A stretch of 29,652 nucleotides of DNA, taken from positions 1 through 29,652 of the forward strand of contig CAVXWP010000011.1 in the NCBI GenBank assembly GCA_963765495.1. Reading direction: 5' to 3'. The first letter of the stretch is position 1, and each line of letters opens with the position of its first letter. Under the pieces are notes generated by a model, which did no database searches, was not told the DNA's origin, and saw only the letters and a program-made list of their open reading frames with translations. Shown here one piece after another: positions 18,862 through 28,225 of this stretch. The DNA comes from Blastocatellia bacterium. Its GTDB lineage: Bacteria; Acidobacteriota; Blastocatellia; UBA7656. Made by a program: the position numbers and the translations under genes.

Positions 18862-21265
18862 TACCGGTTCTTCGGGTTAGGCTCGATATGACCGCGGCCA
18901 GTTCTGCGGGCTCAACAGGTTTTACTACGTGAGATTGAAAGCCCGCCGACAGGGCAAGCAACCGATCTTCTGTTCTGGCATGCGCGGTGAGCGCGATGGC
19001 CGGAAACCATCCGTTGGTTTCAACCTCCCCGGCTCTGATTCTGCGAATGAGCGAATAGCCGTCCTCTTCGGGCATCTCGATATCGCTCACCAGTATATCC
19101 GGCTTTACAACTTGAAGGGCCGAAACTGCTTCGGCGGCAGACGACGCAGTCGTCACACTGGCTCCAAGCTCTCCGAGCATAGTTGTAAGCAGATCCCGCG
19201 CATCCGCATCATCGTCGACGATCAGAATGCTCAGTCCATCAAGAGAAGCGGGAGGCGTAAGAGCGAAACCACGATGGCCTATCGCTTTGCTCACCCGCTC
19301 CGCGCCGATGCGAATCGAAGACATATCGCGTGTTATAGATACGGGAAGCTCGACCTTAAACGTAGCGCCTGTTCCCCTGCCTCCGCTATAGACCGAGACA
19401 GTGCCTCCGTGCAGTTCCACAAGATGCCGCACGATGGCAAGCCCAAGCCCAAGCCCGCCATGCGATCTGGTGAGCGTGCTGTCAGCCTGACGGAACCGAT
19501 CAAATACATAAGGCAGAAAGTCGGGATTTATGCCTTCGCCCGTATCGCTCACCGTGATCTCGATATGAGAATTGACGCTCTTGAGCGAGATCTGTATACG
19601 CCCGCCTTTCGGTGTAAATTTGACGGCATTTGAAAGCAGGTTCCACATTACCTGCTGAAGCCTGTCCGGGTCGCCGAGTACCGGGCCTGCTTCGCTGTCG
19701 AGCATCGTCTGAAGCCTGATCGCTTTGGCGTCGGAGGCGGGGCGAATCGCCTCGACCGCGTCTTCGATGACAGAGGAAATCTCTACCGTCTGCACGTCGA
19801 GGCGAAGTTTGCCCGTTATTATGCGCGAGACATCCAGAATATCTTCGATGATCTGCGCCTGCGCCCTCGCGTTTCTCTCTATGGTTTCGAGGGCGCGGCT
19901 GGAGACATCGGCGCTCAGACGCGATGTCCTCAACATCTTCGCCCATCCGAGTATGGCATTTAAGGGCGTGCGCAGTTCGTGCGAAACGGTCGCCAGAAAT
20001 TCGTCTTTGAGACGGTTGGCCTGTTGTAGCTCGGCTTCGATCTGCTTCAGGTTTGTTATGTCCTGAAACATGATAATCGCGCTCGAGGGATGGCCGTGCA
20101 TCGCGGGCACGTTTTCGCTGAAAAGTATGAGCGACTTCTTGCCGGCGGGCGTGTGCCAGTCCATCTCGAACCCTTCGAGTCGTTCGCCTCTTGAGGCGCG
20201 GACTCCGGGCATCTCCTCATCGGGTATGCGATTGCCTTTTTCGTCGGTGCAATAATAGACGGTGTGATACTCTTCGGCCGGTTTGCCCTTTGGAAATTCG
20301 CCTCCGGCCATCTCATCCGCGCCCCGGTTTGCGAAAGTCACTATCGCCGTGTGGGGTTCGACAAGCAGCATGGGCGTGGGCATGAGATCAAGCACATTTT
20401 CGAGCCATTTCTGCTGGTTTTGAAGGTCTTCTTCCGCCCGCTTGCGCTCGATTGCCGCGCTCAGGACGTTTGCGACCGATTGAAGAAAGTTGATGTCATC
20501 TTTTGTAAAAAAGCCTTTTCGCAAAGCGTGAGCGCCCAGCACTCCAAACGGGCGCTTCGATCCGCGAATGATCACTACCATGCTCGAACGTATCCTGTAC
20601 TCGATCAGGTCGGGGTGTACTCGAAAACGTGTCTCCTTCGCCAGATTATTTGCGATCATCGACTCGCCCGATTGCAGGGTGTAGCCCACCATGGAATCTT
20701 TCGCCGCAATGATCCTTTTTCCATCCGGGCTCTCTTTCCATCCCGTTCCCGAGAGTACAAGGAACGAATCTTCTTCCGCCATGTATTCCAGAATCGAGCA
20801 ATGGCGAACGTCGAGCGTTTCAGTCACCAGCCGTGTTGTCTCTGTCATAAGATCGGGCAGGCGGGTGCCTTCAAGCGCAAGCTGACCCAGCCGGGCAATC
20901 GCCGCCTGCTGTAGCGCGCGTGTCTTGCGAGCATCGCTTGCTCGCCGCAGCCAGCCTGCCAGGAGGGCGATCAGGGTCAGTATGATGAGCCTCGGCAGAT
21001 CCGAAGGGTAGAGCCGTAAGGGAAAGAAGGGTTGGGATTCGCCTACAAATAACCTCGCGAGAAACGACCAGAGAACCGCCGACATGATGCCCGGCCCCAG
21101 CCCTCCATACCAGGCGCTCAATATCACCGCTACGAGAATAAGAATCGTCGGATTCAGCGTGAAGACGCGACGAATGAGAAGCTCTAAAATCAAGGTCGCC
21201 GCGACTATGACTATGGCAAGACCGTAACGGAATACATGTGATCGAAGGAGTTTTTTCATAATCAA
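18851..21265 (-). CDS. Hybrid sensor histidine kinase (membrane DUF4118-like input, GAF, PAS, HisKA, HATPase, REC); start TTG 21265 or ATG 21259
   Basis: TM N-terminus SAWYGGLGPG; GAF ending FLQSVANVL; SHELRTPL; NLLSNAVKF; GLGLGL; REC IVDDD/SDIEMP. Confidence 0.95.
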   Translation of the reverse strand: MIMKKLLRSHVFRYGLAIVIVAATLILELLIRRVFTLNPTILILVAVILSAWYGGLGPGIMSAVLWSFLARLFVGESQPFFPLRLYPSDLPRLIILTLIALLAGWLRRASDARKTRALQQAAIARLGQLALEGTRLPDLMTETTRLVTETLDVRHCSILEYMAEEDSFLVLSGTGWKESPDGKRIIAAKDSMVGYTLQSGESMIANNLAKETRFRVHPDLIEYRIRSSMVVIIRGSKRPFGVLGAHALRKGFFTKDDINFLQSVANVLSAAIERKRAEEDLQNQQKWLENVLDLMPTPMLLVEPHTAIVTFANRGADEMAGGEFPKGKPAEEYHTVYYCTDEKGNRIPDEEMPGVRASRGERLEGFEMDWHTPAGKKSLILFSENVPAMHGHPSSAIIMFQDITNLKQIEAELQQANRLKDEFLATVSHELRTPLNAILGWAKMLRTSRLSADVSSRALETIERNARAQAQIIEDILDVSRIITGKLRLDVQTVEISSVIEDAVEAIRPASDAKAIRLQTMLDSEAGPVLGDPDRLQQVMWNLLSNAVKFTPKGGRIQISLKSVNSHIEITVSDTGEGINPDFLPYVFDRFRQADSTLTRSHGGLGLGLAIVRHLVELHGGTVSVYSGGRGTGATFKVELPVSITRDMSSIRIGAERVSKAIGHRGFALTPPASLDGLSILIVDDDADARDLLTTMLGELGASVTTASSAAEAVSALQVVKPDILVSDIEMPEEDGYSLIRRIRAGEVETNGWFPAIALTAHARTEDRLLALSAGFQSHVVKPVEPAELAAVISSLTRRTGRQD

Positions 21266-21325
21266 AGGCTTTCCTCTTACAGTGCGCTAAAGACGCGAAA
21301 AGCCAAAAGCTAAGAGTTCAAAACG

Positions 21326-21393
21326 GCCACAGAGGCACCGCAGGCACAGAGATTTTTATAATCTTTTCTCTGTGCCTGCGGTGTCTCTGTGGC
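21326..21393. repeat. 27-bp inverted repeat built from nonamers (CACAGAGGC-like)
   Basis: GCCACAGAGGCACCGCAGGCACAGAGA / TCTCTGTGCCTGCGGTGTCTCTGTGGC, 26/27 complementary, 14-nt AT-rich loop. Confidence 0.93.
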
Positions 21394-21445
21394 AAGATAT
21401 TTTTCCCTCTCTGAATAGATGTGCCAGCAGCCATTTTCTCATGCA

Positions 21446-24400
21446 TCAAAAGATATACTTCAAGGCAAACTGAATCTGCCTTCCCGGTCCGGCCGAACCT
21501 ATAACGCCCGCTGTGGGTTGATCTATACGCGCGTCGGGCTGACCGAAATTGGCGTGGTTCGGGAGATTGAAGAACTCTGCGCGAAACTGTAGTCGATGCC
21601 CTTCCAATGGCAATGTAAAGCTCTTGAAGAGGGAGGCATCCAGGATGATAGAGCCCGGCCCCGTCAGTATGTCGCGCCCGGAATTGCCAAAGCGAAATTC
21701 GGTTGCGGGAACCGGCGAAAAATCGGTTACGTCAAACCAGCGATTGATTCCCGGATCAATCACTTCGCCCGAACCCAAACGATCAGGGCGAGTGGCAAAT
21801 CCGGCCTGCGCATTTGCGGTCGAAACTACCGGCGTAAACGGTCTTCCATCGTAAAGCTGAATGATCGCGTTGACCTGCCAGCCGCCCAGTATCGCCTCAA
21901 GCGCGCTGTGAAAATTGTTGCCAAATACGCGCCCCCTCCCTACCGGCAACTCGTAAACAAAATCGGTAGCCCAGACCCTGCGGCGGTCAAATTCCGCGAG
22001 ACCCCGTTCGGCGCGGAGGTTTCGCGGGTCCTGCGGCAATCGGGATGCCGATCCAAACGAGAGATCATCAATCGCCTTTGACCACGTGAAGCTCGAGCGA
22101 AATTCAAACCCGCCGCCGAATCGCTTCTCCGCCTTTAGCTGGAGCGCGTTGTAGCTCGAATTCCCTCCGAGGCTTTGAACCAGAATCCGGCCAAACCCCG
22201 GAAAAGGCGATATGTTCCCCTCGGGAGTTCTGATCGTCTGGTTGACGTTCAAAGTCGTAGACAGATGAGTCGCTTTAGTGCCGACATAGCTCGCTTCAAC
22301 TCCGAGGCTTCGGGTAAATTCGCGCCCTACGGTCAGACTCCAGGTCTGCTGATAAGGCGTAGGGTTGTCAAATTCCCACCCGTTCGGACTGCTTGCGCCG
22401 GGGGTCAACCCCGGTCGGCTCGCGGGAAAGGGGTCTGAAAGACTCGGGTTTCCAACCGCGACTGCCTGGAAAAGCTCTAACCGCGTAAAGGGGAATGCCG
22501 TGGCTCCGAGAAGCTGATACATAGTGAATTGCAGGTCGAAGGCTGTGAAGACGCCATAGCCGCCCCTTACGACCGTCTTTGCGCTCCCGCCCGGTCGCCA
22601 GGCAAATCCGAGCCGGGGCGAAAAATTATTCTTATCCGTACGCACAAGCCTTCGCCCGAACCCGTCTTCGCCTGCCCGCACCTGACGGCCTTCGCTCAAA
22701 ATGAAATTGGCCCAGCGATCATACTTTTCAACCGGCGGCTGGTTCAGGTCGTATCGAATGCCGAGATTGAGCGTAAGGTCTGAGCGCACATTCCAATCAT
22801 CCTGAAAATAGAAGCCGTAATAGTTGCTGAATAGATAGCTCTTATTTGTTCCCACCTGTCTGATGGTCTGAACGGGGAGCCCGAGCAGAAAGTCTGCAAA
22901 GGGGTTTCCTGAAAACGCGCCTATGAATGCTATCTGGCCCCCGGCAAATGAAGCGAAAAGATTGAAATGCTGCGATCTTTGAAAATCTCCCCCGAACCGC
23001 ATCTGGTGTCTGCCCGCGACTATGCCTGCGGAATCCGAAACCACGTATTCATTATCGGTCCACTCATCGGGCAAAAATGTCGGGTCGCCGATCTCCGGCA
23101 GACCCGAAATCACGATATTCGCAAGCCCCGTCCCCCGTGCCACGCCGGTTACGCCTGTCTCTGCCGATGTGTTTTTCCCCGCGTTTACCGACCGCTCTGA
23201 AAAGGTGTTGCGGACAAAGCCCAGACGAGCCTCGTTGATAAAATTGCGGCCAAACGCGTGCGTGTAGCTGACGGACCATTGCGCGGACCTTGATCGACGG
23301 GTCGAGCCAAAACCCGTGAGCGAGCTTGAGCGAAACGGAAGACCCGCATCCAGATCATTCAGAATAAATCGCCCGGTGATCTGGTCGGAATCGCCTATGT
23401 AATGATCGAGTTTTGCGATGAAGTTGTCCTGATCTTCGCGGAGCGTTTCGTTGGCAATAAAATTCAACGCGCCTTCCCTGTTTGGAAGCGGAATAAAAGA
23501 GAGGATATTGCTCGCGACGGGGCTTATCAATTCCGCAGGGATGGCATTGCCTGCAAACGGCCTGCGGGTGAACGGGTTCCTGATCGGCGCAGCAAATATT
23601 CCGGCGCGCTCATCAAGGGTCGGCACGCGGGCCAGCCGCGTCTGCCCTTCACGATTTCTGAGCCCCTCGTAGCTGAAGAGGAAGAAAGTACTGTCGCTTG
23701 CAACGGGGCCGTTCAACACTCCGCCAAACTGATTTCTGATCAGTTTCGACGTATCGGGGTCAAAGAAGCTTCTCGCATCCAGAGCGTCGTTGCGATGAAA
23801 CTCAAACAGCGACCCGTGAAATGTCCTGGTCCCGCTCAACAACGCTACGGAGATGACGCCGTCGCTCAAGCGCCCGTATTCGGCAGAGAAATTACCCGTT
23901 ATGACCTTGAACTCCTGTATGGCATCAATAGAGGGCGAGGCTACGGGCTGATTACCGCGCCTGTCCACATTCGAGACGCCGTCAATCAGGTAATTGACGT
24001 GATCGGACCTCGCTCCGTTTATATTGAACGGATTGGCTCCGGCGGCGGCTGGAACGACGCCGGGAGCAAGCGTGGCGAGTGACAGATAATTTCGCCCGTT
24101 GAGCGGTATATCGAGGATTTCACGATTTGTAATTACTTCGCCGAGCGATGCCGTTTCCGTATTAACGACTATGGCATCAGGGCTGACGGTTATCTCTTCG
24201 GCGACGACTCCGGCCTCAAGAGAGACATCTATCCTGAGAGTCTGATCCACCTGAAGTTCAAATCCCCGGCTCGAAGCGCGCTTGAAACCCGATGCCCCTA
24301 CGCTTATGCGGTAACTGCCCGGCACAAGCTGCCGAATCACATAGCTTCCGCTTTCATCCGACTCGGCAGAGGTCGATATATTGGTTTGAGTATTGGTGGC

Positions 24401-24562
24401 TGTAACAGTTGCGCCAACGACCGTGGCCCCGGTCTGATCTGTGACATTGCCAAGGATGCTCGCCTTATAGCCTTGAGCAAATATCGGGGATGCACCGAAC
24501 ACAAGCTCTACAATAATCAATAGAGAGCAGAGAGATGTTTTCTTCAACGTGTGAGGTCTCAT
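21446..24562 (-). CDS. TonB-dependent receptor, Oar-like, with N-terminal carboxypeptidase-regulatory-like domain
   Basis: Signal peptide; G.VTDQTGA, IPLNGRNY..LA.LAPGV, AIQEFKV, SAEYGR, QDDW.V...LTLNLGIRYD, FRAEFFNLPNH.NF, terminal F. Confidence 0.93.
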   Translation of the reverse strand: MRPHTLKKTSLCSLLIIVELVFGASPIFAQGYKASILGNVTDQTGATVVGATVTATNTQTNISTSAESDESGSYVIRQLVPGSYRISVGASGFKRASSRGFELQVDQTLRIDVSLEAGVVAEEITVSPDAIVVNTETASLGEVITNREILDIPLNGRNYLSLATLAPGVVPAAAGANPFNINGARSDHVNYLIDGVSNVDRRGNQPVASPSIDAIQEFKVITGNFSAEYGRLSDGVISVALLSGTRTFHGSLFEFHRNDALDARSFFDPDTSKLIRNQFGGVLNGPVASDSTFFLFSYEGLRNREGQTRLARVPTLDERAGIFAAPIRNPFTRRPFAGNAIPAELISPVASNILSFIPLPNREGALNFIANETLREDQDNFIAKLDHYIGDSDQITGRFILNDLDAGLPFRSSSLTGFGSTRRSRSAQWSVSYTHAFGRNFINEARLGFVRNTFSERSVNAGKNTSAETGVTGVARGTGLANIVISGLPEIGDPTFLPDEWTDNEYVVSDSAGIVAGRHQMRFGGDFQRSQHFNLFASFAGGQIAFIGAFSGNPFADFLLGLPVQTIRQVGTNKSYLFSNYYGFYFQDDWNVRSDLTLNLGIRYDLNQPPVEKYDRWANFILSEGRQVRAGEDGFGRRLVRTDKNNFSPRLGFAWRPGGSAKTVVRGGYGVFTAFDLQFTMYQLLGATAFPFTRLELFQAVAVGNPSLSDPFPASRPGLTPGASSPNGWEFDNPTPYQQTWSLTVGREFTRSLGVEASYVGTKATHLSTTLNVNQTIRTPEGNISPFPGFGRILVQSLGGNSSYNALQLKAEKRFGGGFEFRSSFTWSKAIDDLSFGSASRLPQDPRNLRAERGLAEFDRRRVWATDFVYELPVGRGRVFGNNFHSALEAILGGWQVNAIIQLYDGRPFTPVVSTANAQAGFATRPDRLGSGEVIDPGINRWFDVTDFSPVPATEFRFGNSGRDILTGPGSIILDASLFKSFTLPLEGHRLQFRAEFFNLPNHANFGQPDARIDQPTAGVIGSAGPGRQIQFALKYIF

Positions 24563-24642
24563 CTTATACGGGTCTAAGGTTGTTCCTCACAGATCCACTG
24601 CCCGCAATCATAGATAATCGCACTGTATAGAGCAAGCCGGGG

Positions 24643-24830
24643 CGGGGGCCAGGGGTCAGGGGGCCGGGGCCGGGGCCGGAAATTCTTATCTTCCAGTTCT
24701 ACCCATCTGGGATTTGATATTTGCTATTTGCGATGCGGAGTCGGTAAACATTCAAGCTACTCTAGAATGCACGCAATCACCGATCACCGACTATTGTTAC
24801 CGGCCCCTGGCCCCTGGCCCCCGGCCCCCG
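24643..24830. repeat. Second (GGGGCCR)n ... (YGGCCCC)n inverted heptamer cassette
   Basis: Arms ~24643-24679 and 24800-24830; internal AATCACCGATCACCGAC identical to 15582-15598. Confidence 0.9.
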
Positions 24831-24831
24831 A

Positions 24832-24868
24832 TGTACGATACTGAACAGTGGCTGTACACAACTGAACG
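24832..24868 (+). promoter_or_regulatory. Tandem putative enhancer-binding-protein sites
   Basis: TGTAC-N3-ACTGAAC at 24832 and 24853 (21-bp period), ~70-105 bp upstream of the sigma-54 motif. Confidence 0.65.
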
Positions 24869-24903
24869 GCTGTGAATCTCTTTGCGTTTTTTTTGTAGTT
24901 TGA

Positions 24904-24916
24904 AATCAATCAGTTA
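24904..24916 (+). promoter_or_regulatory. IHF binding site
   Basis: AATCAATCAGTTA matches WATCAANNNNTTR exactly, with upstream T-tract, between enhancer and promoter. Confidence 0.7.
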
Positions 24917-24935
24917 AGAGCTTCAGGTACTCTTT

Positions 24936-24950
24936 CGGCCTCACTATTGC
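24936..24950 (+). promoter_or_regulatory. Sigma-54 (-24/-12) promoter of efflux operon
   Basis: CGGCCT-CACTA-TTGC: GG-N10-GC spacing with TTGC, 25 nt before ATG. Confidence 0.7.
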
Positions 24951-24974
24951 CAAAGCTCGTTTGAGGATTGATCT

Positions 24975-26219
24975 ATGGACCGTGAATTAGACCCTGCATT
25001 TAGAAGGAAACAGATCATCAAGCGAGCCGGGGCGTCGGCGCTGCTCGTTTCTCTGGTCGCTGCTCTATTCGTCTGGGGCCCCGGTTTTATCACCCCTTCG
25101 CTCAACCGGGCGAGGATCAGAACCGCCCGCGTAGACGAGGGGCCAATCGAGGCTACCACGAACGCAAGCGGGACCGTCGTCCCCGAATTCGAGCAGGTGC
25201 TCTCAAGTCCGGTTGATGCCCGCGTGCTGAAGATTCTGAAGCGGCCCGGAGATACCCTCACAAGAGGCGAGCCGATCATAGAACTCGACGTGAGCGAGTC
25301 GGTACTTGAACTTGATAAGCTCGATCAGCAAATCGAGCTAAAACAGAATCAGCAGGCTAAAGCAAAACTCGATCTTGAGAATACTCTGATAACACTCCAG
25401 AGCCAGTGGGAGATCAAGAACCTGGAGTACAAGGCCGCAAAGACAAACTCCGAAAGGAGCCGCGAGTTGTTCAAGAAAGGGCTTCAGTCGGAAGAACTGC
25501 TGCGAACCGCCGAGTTGAATGAAGAGAAGACCCGCTATGAACTGAAGCAACTTGAAGACGCTAAACTAAACGCTCAGGCCTCGACAAAAACACAGCTTGA
25601 AGGGCTCGCCCTGGAGATGAAGATGCTCGACAAAGAGCGCATAGAAGCGCGGCGCAAACTCGATCTGGCCACGACGAAATCTGATCGTGACGGCGTGCTG
25701 ACGTGGGTAGTAAACGAGGAGGGGGCAACAGTGCAAAAAGGCGCGGTGCTGGCGCGCGTCGCCGACCTGACATCTTTTCGTGTAGACGCAAACACATCAG
25801 ACATCCACGCCGGGAAACTTTTGACGGGTCTTCCGGTCAGCGTGAAGATCAATGACGATTACCTGCCGGGCACTATCTCAAGCATCAACCCGACTATCAG
25901 CAACGGCATAATCTCGTTTGCCGTGAGCTTGAAGGACAAGGCGAGCCCCTTTTTGCGGTCGAATCTTAGAGTGGATGTTTTGATAGTGACCGACCGCAAA
26001 GAGAAGGCGCTTCGCATAAAGAAAGGCCCGTTCGTCAGCTCCGAAGGCCAGCACGATGTGTTTGTGATTCGCGGCGATACGGCCGTAAAAACACCCGTTC
26101 GCATAGGCATCTCAAGCTTTGACACCTATGAGGTGGCCGAAGGGCTGATCGAAGGAGATGAAGTCATCATATCCGATATGAGCGATTACATGTACCTGAA
26201 GGAAGTGAAGCTGAAATGA
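24975..26219 (+). CDS. Efflux periplasmic adaptor (MacA/HlyD-like membrane fusion protein)
   Basis: Single N-terminal TM, lipoyl halves, long coiled-coil hairpin, C-terminal GLIEGDEVIIS; GAGGA RBS. Confidence 0.92.
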   Translation: MDRELDPAFRRKQIIKRAGASALLVSLVAALFVWGPGFITPSLNRARIRTARVDEGPIEATTNASGTVVPEFEQVLSSPVDARVLKILKRPGDTLTRGEPIIELDVSESVLELDKLDQQIELKQNQQAKAKLDLENTLITLQSQWEIKNLEYKAAKTNSERSRELFKKGLQSEELLRTAELNEEKTRYELKQLEDAKLNAQASTKTQLEGLALEMKMLDKERIEARRKLDLATTKSDRDGVLTWVVNEEGATVQKGAVLARVADLTSFRVDANTSDIHAGKLLTGLPVSVKINDDYLPGTISSINPTISNGIISFAVSLKDKASPFLRSNLRVDVLIVTDRKEKALRIKKGPFVSSEGQHDVFVIRGDTAVKTPVRIGISSFDTYEVAEGLIEGDEVIISDMSDYMYLKEVKLK

Positions 26220-26974
26220 AGGCTTCGGAGAGGAAATATTTGATGGAGACCGTTACAGCCAAATCCGAAAAGAGCATCGGCGGCACCGCCGCGGTCGAGC
26301 AGAAGGCGATGATCCGGCTTGAAAATATCGAGAAGGTCTATCGCACGGATCGCATAGAAACCGTCGCGCTCACAAACGTCAACCTGACAGTTCGCGAAGG
26401 CGAGTTTATATCGATTATGGGGCCGTCGGGGTCGGGCAAGAGCACTCTGCTCAACGTCATAGGATTGCTCGACGTGCCGACGAGCGGGGAGGTCAGCCTG
26501 AACGGGAAGCCTATAACTTCTTTTAGCGACAGGTATCTGGCCAGAGCCAGAAACGAAGATGTAGGCTTCATCTTTCAATCATTCCACCTCATCAACGATT
26601 TGAGCGTCGTCGATAATGTCGAAATCCCCCTGCTCTATCGAAAGATGGCGGGCTCTTTGAGGCGAAAGATGGCGCTCAAGGCGCTGGATCGCGTGGGATT
26701 GAATTCGCGTGTCCACCACTTTCCGGGGCAGCTATCGGGCGGGCAGCAACAGCGCGTAGCGATAGCCCGCGCCATTGTCGGAAACCCTCGCGTGCTGCTG
26801 GCCGACGAGCCTACGGGTAACCTCGACAGTCAGATGGGCGACGAGATCATGGACATACTCAAAGACCTGGGCCACGAAGAAAAGACAACCGTGGTGATGG
26901 TGACGCACGACCCGCGCCAGGCCGAAAAGACCGAGCGCATAATCAGGCTCTTCGACGGCCGACAGGTGAATTGA
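26216..26974 (+). CDS. ABC transporter ATP-binding protein (MacB/LolD type); alternative start 26243
   Basis: Walker [10 protein letters not shown], signature LSGGQQQR, Walker [16 protein letters not shown]. Confidence 0.96.
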   Translation: MKASERKYLMETVTAKSEKSIGGTAAVEQKAMIRLENIEKVYRTDRIETVALTNVNLTVREGEFISIMGPSGSGKSTLLNVIGLLDVPTSGEVSLNGKPITSFSDRYLARARNEDVGFIFQSFHLINDLSVVDNVEIPLLYRKMAGSLRRKMALKALDRVGLNSRVHHFPGQLSGGQQQRVAIARAIVGNPRVLLADEPTGNLDSQMGDEIMDILKDLGHEEKTTVVMVTHDPRQAEKTERIIRLFDGRQVN

Positions 26975-26987
26975 GGAGTGATGCGTG

Positions 26988-28225
26988 ATGCTAAAAAACT
27001 ATATCAAGATCGCCGTAAAGGTATTTGCCCGGAGAAAGTTCTTTACCTTTATCAGTCTGTTTGCGATCAGTTTTACACTGATAGTTCTGATGGTGGTCAC
27101 GGCTTTTCTGGATCATATTTTCGGGCCGCTGCCGCCTGAGACCAAAACTGACCGCACGCTGGGCGTTTTTCAGCTGATGCTGAGAGGTCCGAACGCCACA
27201 TCCAACGGCCCCGCAGGCTATGGTTTTCTGGACCGCTTCGCGCGCAATCTGCCAAATGTAGAAAAGGTCTCTATCTTCACAACGCCCGGACAGGCTTACT
27301 CCTACAAGGATGGCGAGAAGATAAAGTCCTTCTTCAAACGCACGGATGGAGAGTTCTGGCAGATCATGGATTTCAACTTTCTTGAAGGCGGTCCCTTTAC
27401 TCCCGATGATGAACAGAATGCCAATTTTGTCGCCGTCATCAACGAAGCCACTAGAAAGAAATTCTTTAACAACGAACCGGCCGTGGGCCGGACCATCGAG
27501 GTAGACGGGCAACGATTCCGCGTCGTAGGCGTGGTGGCAAATGTGCCTTTCTTCAGACTGACCCCTTTTTCCGACATCTGGGTTCCAATAAGCACGTCTA
27601 AAACGGATGGCTATCGCACACAGCTTCAGGGCAATTTCATGGCTGTCTTGCTTGCCCGCTCGGCGGCGGACTTTCCCCTGATAAAAGAAGAGTTCAAGTC
27701 TCGACTCTCTCAGGTCGATCTTTCGGACCATAAAGAATTCGAGATGGCTATCGCAGATACGGAAACGCTTTTTGAATTCGCATCCAGAATGTTCAGCCCG
27801 CACCAGGATGAAAATCATCCCGCGAGTTTTTTGATTGCGATCCTCGGACTGATGGTCCTGTTTATGATGCTGCCTACGGTGAACCTGATCAACATCAACG
27901 TCAGCCGGATAATGGAGCGCGCAAGCGAGATCGGCGTGCGCAAGGCGTTCGGGGCTTCGTCGTGGACGCTGGTCGGACAGTTCGTAGTCGAAAACGTACT
28001 GCTCACGCTCGTGGGCGGAGTGATCGGATTCCTTGGCGCATACTTTGCCCTGCAAGCCATCACAAGCGCGGGATTGATTCCTTATGCCGAATTTCAATTG
28101 AACTATAGAATCTTTCTCTACGGCTTTATCCTTGCGATCTTCTTTGGTCTGTTCAGCGGAGTTTACCCAGCGTGGAAGATGTCGCGGCTCAACCCGGTCG
28201 AAGCCCTAAAGGAGGCACACGATGA
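26988..28225 (+). CDS. MacB/FtsX-type ABC permease; probable 1-nt deletion near the stop (as sequenced reads through to 28379)
   Basis: ERASEIGVRKAFGA, GVYPAWKMSRLNPVEALK; one extra A at 28208-28210 gives ALKGGTR* ending in an ATGA overlap with the next gene. Confidence 0.85.

Noticed and set aside
21412-21426. Sigma-54 promoter for kinase 2 (minus strand TGGCAC-ATCTA-TTCA)
   Set aside because: The -12 GC is absent and no enhancer or IHF support was seen.
26991-28097. 368-aa minus-strand ORF
   Set aside because: Antisense shadow of a well-supported permease; no motifs.
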